A stretch of 64,000 nt of DNA from Deinococcota bacterium (GTDB lineage Bacteria > Deinococcota > Deinococci > Deinococcales > Thermaceae). How positions within the stretch are numbered: position 1 is the first letter of the stretch; each line of letters opens with the position of its first letter. Location: positions 65,977 to 129,976 of the forward strand of contig JBGFRI010000046.1 in assembly GCA_041695225.1 (NCBI GenBank), in the 5' to 3' direction. Made by a program: the position numbers and the translations under genes. This document shows, one piece after another, positions 45,644 through 52,586 of this stretch. The notes beneath the pieces were generated by a model. That model had not been told where the DNA came from. It saw only the letters and a list, made by a program, of their open reading frames with translations, and did not search any database.

Positions 45644-46036
45644 TCAGCCACTCCCCTTTTGCCTGAGGTAACGTTCGGCTACTTCCACAAACTCCCGCGC
45701 CCAGTCACAGACAGACTCGGCCTTTTCCCTGGGCACCCGCGTGCCTACGCCATAGTCCCCGATGTTTCGTAGGTCCTGGGCATCGATCAGCCAGCGGTGA
45801 AACTTGGGATCAAGGAGTCTGGGCTTTGAGAACTCGCGGCCGAAGGCCGAGATTACCATGGAATGCTTGCTGTAGGATTGCCCGAGTTCGAGCAGAAGGG
45901 CTTGGGCAACATAGAACATCGCGTAGTAGGCCCGCGACGCTGCAAAACCCTCATGGCCGCTTTGCAGGATATCCTGTGCCACCTCGAGGCTTTCCTTTGC
46001 CTTGTCTATCTAGGCCTAAATATCCTCGGTGCTCAT
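45644..46036 (-). pseudogene. HEPN-domain toxin with two early TAG stops (or restart at GTG 45982)
   Basis: ATG AGC ACC GAG GAT ATT TAG GCC TAG..; AASRAYYAMFY, RNIGDY motifs. Confidence 0.78.
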
Positions 46037-46359
46037 ATCGCAACGCCCTCCCGACGCACATTCGCGAGAAAGGGGGTCTTCCGGAACCTGTAGTCATTGA
46101 GAGTCACAAAGGCCCTGGAAAGTACCACGTCGTATTTGAGGCTGATCTCCGCCGTGACCTCGGAGGTCGCCTCGATCATCTCGCCGTAGTCAAAAGGCCG
46201 CCTCATCACGCACAGAACATCGATGTCCGATCCCTCTTCAGCATCGCCGCGGGCCTGGGAACCATACAGCACAACCGATGCCAAATTGTCGCCCAGGAGC
46301 GCGGCAAGGCGTACCCGGTACTCCGCAAGAATTTTCTGGACATGACTGTTTGGAGGCAT
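46033..46359 (-). CDS. Minimal nucleotidyltransferase (MNT) antitoxin
   Basis: LYGSQARGD..SDIDVL. Confidence 0.92.
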   Translation of the reverse strand: MPPNSHVQKILAEYRVRLAALLGDNLASVVLYGSQARGDAEEGSDIDVLCVMRRPFDYGEMIEATSEVTAEISLKYDVVLSRAFVTLNDYRFRKTPFLANVRREGVAI

Positions 46360-46376
46360 AGGCAGCTCCTCATGGC

Positions 46377-46784
46377 TTAAGTTCGCTCATCTATTTCTTT
46401 CTTCTCATTCTCCTCAGCAAGGAGTTCCTCAGCTGCCCGAATGAACTCTTCCGCCCAACCACACGCCAGTTCAGCTTGTTCCTCTGAGACATGAGCTTCG
46501 ACGCCGTAGTCGCCGACATTCCTGAAGTTCTGGGCGCCAATAAGCCAGCGGTGAAACTTAGGATGCATCCGGGCCGGCTTGGCAAACTCCCGCCCAAACG
46601 CAGAGATCACCGACGAATGACTGCTGAACGATTGCCCCCGGTGCGCCAGCAACGCCCCGGCCACGTAGAACATCGCGTAATACGCCCGTGCGGCAGCGAA
46701 GTCAGGGAACCCGTCTCGCAAAGTGCCACGGGCAGCAGTCAGGCTGTCTTTGGCCCTAAGCATTAGCGCCTCGAGCTCGCTCAT
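46377..46784 (-). CDS. HEPN-domain toxin
   Basis: ATG overlaps the MNT stop; AAARAYYAMFY, SSHSSVISAFGREF, RNVGDY. Confidence 0.9.
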   Translation of the reverse strand: MSELEALMLRAKDSLTAARGTLRDGFPDFAAARAYYAMFYVAGALLAHRGQSFSSHSSVISAFGREFAKPARMHPKFHRWLIGAQNFRNVGDYGVEAHVSEEQAELACGWAEEFIRAAEELLAEENEKKEIDERT

Positions 46785-47107
46785 ACTGGCAGCGCCTCCC
46801 GTCGCACGTTCATCAAGAACGGCGTATTCCGGGTGTCGAAGTCTCTTCGCGTGGCAAAAGCGGTGGAGATAACAACATCGTACTTTAGACTGACGGCTGC
46901 CGAAGCCTCCGCTGTCTTGAGAATCAGTTCTCCGTAGTTGAACGGCCGCTTCATAACGCACAGGACGTCGATATCCGATTCCGCAGTGGCGTCTCCGCGC
47001 GCTTGCGAGCCATAGAGGACGACCGAATCGAGCTCGTCTCCCAGTATCTCACGGAGGTGGTCGCGATACTCGAGCACGATCTGTTGGGCGCGATTGTGTG
47101 TCCTCAT
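46781..47107 (-). CDS. Minimal nucleotidyltransferase (MNT) antitoxin
   Basis: LYGSQARGD..SDIDVL; paralog of 46033-46359. Confidence 0.92.
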   Translation of the reverse strand: MRTHNRAQQIVLEYRDHLREILGDELDSVVLYGSQARGDATAESDIDVLCVMKRPFNYGELILKTAEASAAVSLKYDVVISTAFATRRDFDTRNTPFLMNVRREALPV

Positions 47108-47120
47108 TCCGGCACCTTCC

Positions 47121-47335
47121 TCAGAATAACGCCTTCTGCGCGTCTTTGAAAGCCTCGCGCTTCCCCTCTGCTCGCAGTGTCTGGCGCTCGCCGAGCAAGG
47201 CGCCCACCAGCTTCCAGTCCTCCAGATCGCGCGGCAGGGCCTCGAAAAGCGCCGGCTTTGTGCCGCAGAATATTCCCCGCGGATGTTTACTCAAGACGTC
47301 GTGACAGGGTACCAGGGCTTCAGTTTGGTACTCAT
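47121..47335 (-). pseudogene. Fused stubs: DUF499-like N-terminus and C-terminal tail of a larger gene (DUF1156 methylase-like)
   Basis: ATG 47335 MSTKLKPWYPVTTS*; then ALFEALPRDLEDWKLVGALLGERQTLRAEGK..LF* ending at 47121. Confidence 0.5.
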
Positions 47336-47719
47336 CGAAGCTTCACTCCCTCATCCTCACCGGCCAGCTCCCTTTCAAGCTGATCAAGCGGTGGAAGCAT
47401 TCTGGCGATGGCAGCTTTCACCGGTGGCAGATCCCGTGTGGCGATCTCCCACACCCGGTTAAGGTCTACGCCTTCGTAGTCATGAATCAAGACATCGCGA
47501 AAGCCTGCCATCAGCTTCCAAGGGATGTGGGGGGTGTTGCTCACGATACTCGTCGGCAATGCGCTTGGCCGCCTCTCCGATGACCTCGAAGTTCCAAATC
47601 ACGGCATCCTGAGCCATGGTCTCAGCAAGGAACGCTTTTTTCCCGCCTGCGAGGTAGCGCTCGATTTTATTGGCACACTCGAGGATATGGGCAAAATACA
47701 CGCGAGGGTCTTTTCTCAT
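47332..47719 (-). pseudogene. HepT/DUF86 RNase toxin, +1 frameshift in a C6 run
   Basis: QDAVIWNFEVIGEAAK in one frame, HIPWKLMAGFRDVLIHDY (RX4H motif) in another; G6 at 47529-47534 on the + strand. Confidence 0.85.
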
Positions 47720-48006
47720 AGCGGCCTGGCGTCTCTAAGAATTCGCCGCCTGATTAGCCAGTAGAGACCGTCTTCAGTGACCACATCCACCGGTCTGCCT
47801 AACAACTCTTCCAGCTCGTCCACCAGCCCAGCCGGAAACCACGGACTGGTCTGTTCGCCGACCTCGACCAGCAGATCAAGGTCGCTTTCCTCGGTGGCTT
47901 CTCCGCGCACGGCCGACCCAAACACACGCACGTTACGCGCCCCATGCCTTTCCGCTACCCGGAGAATCTCATCGCGTTTTTCATTCAGCAAATCTGCAAC
48001 GGTCAT
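47716..48006 (-). CDS. MntA-type nucleotidyltransferase antitoxin
   Basis: VRVFGSAVRGE..SDLDLLV..LEELLGRPVDVV. Confidence 0.92.
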   Translation of the reverse strand: MTVADLLNEKRDEILRVAERHGARNVRVFGSAVRGEATEESDLDLLVEVGEQTSPWFPAGLVDELEELLGRPVDVVTEDGLYWLIRRRILRDARPL

Positions 48007-48035
48007 GAGCCGCCTTCCCCGAATACTAACGCTTG

Positions 48036-48266
48036 CTACATCTCCTTATAGGCTACCTGTTTCCCTTCGTCCCGCAACTCTGCCTTAGCCTGCTCCCAGG
48101 GGATTGCTTCTTCTCCAGCTTCACGTAGATGATCTATCTCTGCAGCATCCTCAGCGTCTTCAAGCAGCGACAACAGCTCTTCCCAAACAGTATAATCAAG
48201 AATGACGGCCCGTTTGGTTCCACCGGTGTCCACTACAAACTGTACTGCCCGTAGTTTTTCGGTCAC
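48036..48266 (-). CDS. Orphan RelB-like antitoxin (start probably GTG 48266)
   Basis: VQFVVD..KRAVILD..WEELL..LEDAED..IPWEQAKAEL. Confidence 0.62.
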   Translation of the reverse strand: MTEKLRAVQFVVDTGGTKRAVILDYTVWEELLSLLEDAEDAAEIDHLREAGEEAIPWEQAKAELRDEGKQVAYKEM

Positions 48267-48380
48267 CCTCACCGGTAGCCTCCTTGGGTTCATTCTACTC
48301 TTGAAGGGCACCAAGGGCTAAAGGTACAAGCTAATGAAGTCGGCGTCAGTCCGCCCAACAAATTACCTCGTTTGCTACCT

Positions 48381-48464
48381 CTACAGCAGTCCAGAATGGC
48401 TGAGGTTGTGCGCCGCGAAGTATTTGTGCACGGCCGCCACATCGAAACTTAGCTCGGTGGTCAT
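48381..48464 (-). pseudogene. Truncated cassette gene
   Basis: RBS GGGAG then MTTELSFDVAAVHKYFAAH..* after the attC R' box; a lone GTTGGGC core follows at 48359-48353. Confidence 0.45.
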
Positions 48465-48502
48465 GTAAGTTCTCCCTTGAAGCGTGCTACCTGTTGTGTG
48501 AC

Positions 48503-48559
48503 ACCCAACGCTCGGCTCAGGCGCAGCGATTAGCTGTCGCCTGCAGCGCCTTGTTGGGC
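48503..48559 (-). repeat. attC site (57 bp)
   Basis: Minus strand GCCCAAC-aaggc-GCTGCAGG..CCTGAGC-cgagc-GTTGGGT; canonical boxes with the extra G in L''. Confidence 0.88.
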
Positions 48560-49345
48560 TATCCGCCCGGACCCCATACTTGGCGATACACCTTCATTCC
48601 AGGATTGATGATCAACCAGCGGTTCACCTCCATCGGCTTGCTCCACAACCTCGACCAACTCTGCTACTAATTTAAGATATTCACCCAACGCTGTTTTACC
48701 TTCAACCTCTATCGCGACAAACTGAAATACGGGAACTGTCACATCGCCAAGTCCCTGCTCTCTCATGACGCGGTCCATGAGAGGGATATTCCGAATATGA
48801 AAAACGAACCGATGGGTTGCAATTCTTTCGGCGAGCTCAATTATCTGTGAATCCAGATGTACAGCATACTTCTCGATAAAAAATTCTATAGACGTAGTAA
48901 ACTCATCGAACGCCTGAACCAAAAATGTTGCCCATGTGCGCTCTGGCACCACCGGAGCCTTCTTTGTAGTATCTAACTCACCAACTTGGGCCACATCAAT
49001 ATTCCGGAGGAAGTCCGCAATTTTGTACTCTCCCTCATCCTGACGTTCAGTAGCCGTGGCCTTGACCAGATAGAAAAGAAAGCCGGCGATCTTTACGAGT
49101 GGTAACCTAAGGGTTCGTATACAGGAATTCTTTCTCTCACGCCTCTCCTTTTCGTCTTTGGCGGAGATATAAATATCCACTAAAGACACTGTAATGATAA
49201 CAACCAGAAATGCTGTGGCGAGATTTAACGATACGTCCCTAATGACTTCTGCCCCGTCAGAAAGAAAATAGATGACGAATCCAGAAACCATAAGTACCGC
49301 CAAAATAACCAGCGGGAGCCATAGGCGCGCAACCTGTGAAATCAT
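48530..49345 (-). CDS. Hypothetical cassette protein with two N-terminal TM helices
   Basis: 271 aa, visibly lower GC than the host genes, stop inside attC. Confidence 0.8.
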   Translation of the reverse strand: MISQVARLWLPLVILAVLMVSGFVIYFLSDGAEVIRDVSLNLATAFLVVIITVSLVDIYISAKDEKERRERKNSCIRTLRLPLVKIAGFLFYLVKATATERQDEGEYKIADFLRNIDVAQVGELDTTKKAPVVPERTWATFLVQAFDEFTTSIEFFIEKYAVHLDSQIIELAERIATHRFVFHIRNIPLMDRVMREQGLGDVTVPVFQFVAIEVEGKTALGEYLKLVAELVEVVEQADGGEPLVDHQSWNEGVSPSMGSGRIAQQGAAGDS

Positions 49346-49360
49346 AATGAGACCCTAGTA

Positions 49361-49660
49361 GCCCAACTAGCAGTTATAACGCACCTGCGGTATAACACCC
49401 CAAATTGGGATGTTCTGCTGCAATGAGTGAAATCGAAGCTCCGACAAAACTGTATTCATCCAAAATATCCCCCTTCCAGAACCGGGTGCAAAAAGCCATC
49501 AGGGTTAGTCATCTGGCGCGAAGCACCGAGAGGTCGTATCTTGCTACGTGCCCGATTTTATCAGGTTCCAGCAGAAAAAACACCCCAAAAGACTGCCCAG
49601 AGCCAGGGTCATACCTGCCCTCCTGGCCGCCAAATCGAACCTGCTTGTTAGGGGCGCAAG
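49361..49660 (-). repeat. ~300-bp cassette-leader element, copy B
   Basis: Starts CTTGCGCCCCTAACAAGCAGG and ends TTATAAC-tgcta-GTTGGGC on the minus strand. Confidence 0.85.
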
Positions 49661-49762
49661 ATGAACAGCACCCTTTTGCACACATGGCCGAACCCAGTGA
49701 TTGTTCGCCGGATGCTACAGCGGTACAGCATCGTTCAGCACACCGCTCCGAGCCAGCGGCTT

Positions 49763-51142
49763 TTATATGTGAATCGGTTTGTCCCAGGCGGCCAGGGCGG
49801 CTTCTTTGAGGGCTTCGGACAGCGTGGGGTGGGCGTGGGAGGCCCGGGCTATATCTTCCGACGAGGCGTGGAAGGCCATGGCCACAGCGGCCTCGGCAAT
49901 CAGGTCGCCGGCCCTGGGGCCGATGATGTGTACCCCCAGAACCCGGTCAGTCTGGGTGTGGGAGAGAATTTTGACGAAACCGTCGGTGTCGTTCATGGCC
50001 CGTGCGCGGCCGTTGGCGCTAAAAGGGAAACTACCTCTTTTGTACGAGACTCCCGCAGCCTCGAGTTCTTCCTCGCTCCTGCCCACCGAGGCGATCTCGG
50101 GGTGGGTGTAGACCACGCACGGGATGGAGTTGTAATCCACATGCCCATAGCCAGTCACCATGTACTCGACGGCGGCATAGCCCTCTTCTTCGGCTTTGTG
50201 CGCCAGCATGGGGCCCGCAATCACATCGCCAATGGCAAAGATGCTGGGTACGGCGGTCTGGTAGTGGGCGTTGACCGGGATACACCCTTTTTCGTCGGTG
50301 GTAAGGCCCACATTTTCCAGTCCCAGTCCGTCGGTGTTGGGCACCCGCCCGGTCGCCAGCAACACCCGGTCGGCGGCCAGAGGTTCACCGCCCTCGAGCT
50401 CAACCATGCCTTTGCCGTCCCTGGCATAGGCCGCGGTCACGCGCACCCCGGTGCGGATCTCCAGGCCCTGCTTTTTGAAGATTTTCTCGGCTGCCTTGGC
50501 AATCTCAGCGTCCATGCCCCCCAGAATGGTGGGCAGGTATTCCAGTACCGTAACCCTGGCGCCCAGGCGTTTCCAGACCGAGCCGAGCTCGAGGCCGATC
50601 ACCCCACCCCCAATAACCACTAACGATTCGGGCACCTTTGGGTAAGCGATGGCCTGGTCGGAGGTGCCCACCACGTCGTAGTCGAGCTCGACCCCCTTCA
50701 GCATGGCAGCCTTGGAACCGGTAGCAATCAGGATGCGCTCGGCTTCGATTTCCTGGATGCCCTCCGGCCCTTTGACCGACACCCTGTGGGGGCCCACGAT
50801 GCTGGCGTGGCCCAGGTAGCGGGTCACCTTGTTCTTTTTGAACAAAAACTCTACCCCGCCAGTATTGGCCTTGACCACTTTGTCTTTGTGGGCCATCAGT
50901 GCCGGTAGGTCCAGTTCGGACTGTCCAATTTTCAGGCCGATCAGGCGATTTCGCTGGACGGCATATATTTTTTCGCTGGCATCCAGCAGGGCCTTGGAGG
51001 GGATACACCCCACCCGCAAGCAGGTCCCGCCCAGGGCTGGTTCTTTCTCGATACAGGCTACGTCCAGCCCAAGCTGTGCGGCCTTAATTGCGGCGACATA
51101 CCCCCCTGGCCCTGCTCCAATCACTATTAGTTGATGTTTCAT
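49763..51142 (-). CDS. lpdA: Dihydrolipoyl dehydrogenase (E3)
   Basis: GAGPGGY, GGTCLRVGCIPSK, GPMLAHKA, HAHPTLSE. Confidence 0.97.
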   Translation of the reverse strand: MKHQLIVIGAGPGGYVAAIKAAQLGLDVACIEKEPALGGTCLRVGCIPSKALLDASEKIYAVQRNRLIGLKIGQSELDLPALMAHKDKVVKANTGGVEFLFKKNKVTRYLGHASIVGPHRVSVKGPEGIQEIEAERILIATGSKAAMLKGVELDYDVVGTSDQAIAYPKVPESLVVIGGGVIGLELGSVWKRLGARVTVLEYLPTILGGMDAEIAKAAEKIFKKQGLEIRTGVRVTAAYARDGKGMVELEGGEPLAADRVLLATGRVPNTDGLGLENVGLTTDEKGCIPVNAHYQTAVPSIFAIGDVIAGPMLAHKAEEEGYAAVEYMVTGYGHVDYNSIPCVVYTHPEIASVGRSEEELEAAGVSYKRGSFPFSANGRARAMNDTDGFVKILSHTQTDRVLGVHIIGPRAGDLIAEAAVAMAFHASSEDIARASHAHPTLSEALKEAALAAWDKPIHI

Positions 51143-51156
51143 AAGTCGTTTCGCTC

Positions 51157-51222
51157 CGTCACAAGTCTCAGGTCACAGGTCTTTGGTCAGAGTTTCTGAC
51201 GTGAGACCTGCGACCTGAGACA
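51157..51222. repeat. Palindromic heptamer element at the sucB/lpd junction
   Basis: GTCACAA GTCTCAG GTCACAG / GACGTGA GACCTGC GACCTGA. Confidence 0.88.
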
Positions 51223-51223
51223 T

Positions 51224-52423
51224 TTACACTTCCAGCGCCAGCCGCACGGGGTTCTCGATCATCTCCTTGACCCGTTTGAGGAAGGTCACCGCCTCACGCC
51301 CATCTACGATGCGGTGATCGTAGGAGAGGGCCAGGTTCATCATCGGGCGGATGACCACTGCACCGCCCCGGGCAACCGGGCGCTCGACAATGGCGTGCAT
51401 ACCCAGGATGCCCACCTGCGGCGGGTTGAGGATGGGGGTGGAGTTGAGCGAGCCGTAGATTCCGCCGTTGGTAATGGTAAAGGTGCCGCCCATCAGCTCG
51501 TCGGGCTTGATTTTCTTAGCCCGTACCCTCTCGCCGTAGTCAGCGATAATGGCCTCAATCTGGGCCATGCTCAGCTGGTCGGTATTACGGACCACTGGCA
51601 CCACCAGACCCTCGCCGCCACCCACGGCGATGCCAATGTCGTAGTAGCGGTGGTAGACGATATCGGTTCCACGTATTTCGGCATTGAGCTGGGGTATTTC
51701 TTGCAGGGCCTGGGTAGCGGCTTTCACAAAGAAGCTCATAAAGCCCAGCTTCAGGCCGTATTTCTTCTGGAAACTCTCGCCATACTCTTTGCGCAAATCC
51801 ATCACCATGCCCATATCGGCCTCGTTGAAGGTGGTGAGCATGGCGGTGTTTTGCTTGGCCGAGAGCAGGCGTTCGGCAATGCGGCGGCGCAAAGGGGACA
51901 TGGCTACCACCTCGTCGCGGCGCTCGCCTTTGCCAATCACCGGGGCTGGGGGGCTGGGGGGTGGCGCAGCGGCAGGCGTGGACGGAGCCGCAGCAGCTCG
52001 CTGCACGTCTTCTTTTAGCACCCGACCCCCCGGGCCAGTTCCCGGAATGGTTGCAGCCTGGAGGCTAGTCTGGGCTGCCAGGCGTTCGGCGGCTGGCATA
52101 ACCCTTGGTTCGGCCTGTGCGGCAGTGCTCTGGCCTGGCGACGGTACGGGGGCGGACTGTACGGGGGGGCTAACCACAGCCGCCGAACCGCCCTCTTCCA
52201 GCAAGGCCACCACATCACCCACCCTGGCCACCCCGGTGGGGATGAGAATCTTGGCCAACCGGCCTCCGACCGGTGAGGGTAGTTCCAGGGTTGCCTTGTC
52301 GGTGACCAGCTCGACCAGGGGCTCGTCTACCCCCACTGCATCGCCTTCTTTTTTGAGCCACTGTCCGATTTCCACTTCGGTGATGGATTCTCCCACTGCG
52401 GGAATTTTCAGTTCCAAGGCCAT
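51224..52423 (-). CDS. sucB: 2-oxoglutarate dehydrogenase E2 (succinyltransferase)
   Basis: Lipoyl [34 protein letters not shown] before ATG 52423. Confidence 0.96.
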   Translation of the reverse strand: MALELKIPAVGESITEVEIGQWLKKEGDAVGVDEPLVELVTDKATLELPSPVGGRLAKILIPTGVARVGDVVALLEEGGSAAVVSPPVQSAPVPSPGQSTAAQAEPRVMPAAERLAAQTSLQAATIPGTGPGGRVLKEDVQRAAAAPSTPAAAPPPSPPAPVIGKGERRDEVVAMSPLRRRIAERLLSAKQNTAMLTTFNEADMGMVMDLRKEYGESFQKKYGLKLGFMSFFVKAATQALQEIPQLNAEIRGTDIVYHRYYDIGIAVGGGEGLVVPVVRNTDQLSMAQIEAIIADYGERVRAKKIKPDELMGGTFTITNGGIYGSLNSTPILNPPQVGILGMHAIVERPVARGGAVVIRPMMNLALSYDHRIVDGREAVTFLKRVKEMIENPVRLALEV

Positions 52424-52586
52424 CTCGCCTCCCGTTTTGGGGTGCCGCAGCACCCAAACCTGTACAACTTTACCGCAAACGCGCCTGGGTGGGCAGTGAG
52501 CAGCAGGAGGAGGCAGCTAAAAACCCCGTTTGTGGCTGTTGGCCTTTGTTCCTGCGTGCTCCTACATTACCTGTGACCGCTTCGGG

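Larger units (their letters stand above)
41866..49660 (-). mobile_element. Integrase-less integron cassette array (CALIN-like) rich in toxin-antitoxin modules
   Basis: All genes on the minus strand; two intact attC sites plus degenerate ones; cassette-end complementarity; no tyrosine recombinase ORF recognised in the window. Confidence 0.8.

Noticed and set aside
45311..45772. Paralogous plus-strand ORFs 45311-45772 and 49405-49809 as a duplicated gene
   Set aside because: They are translations of the 300-bp repeat; the frames diverge between copies, starts are TTG and there is no RBS.
46010..46018. Paired in-frame TAG codons (also in the 42880 antitoxin) as stop-codon recoding
   Set aside because: Core genes here terminate at TAG normally (nuoC, polX, frr); pseudogenisation is the simpler explanation.
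49661..50623. 320-aa plus-strand ORF as the missing integrase
   Set aside because: It is antisense to lpd and has no tyrosine-recombinase motifs.
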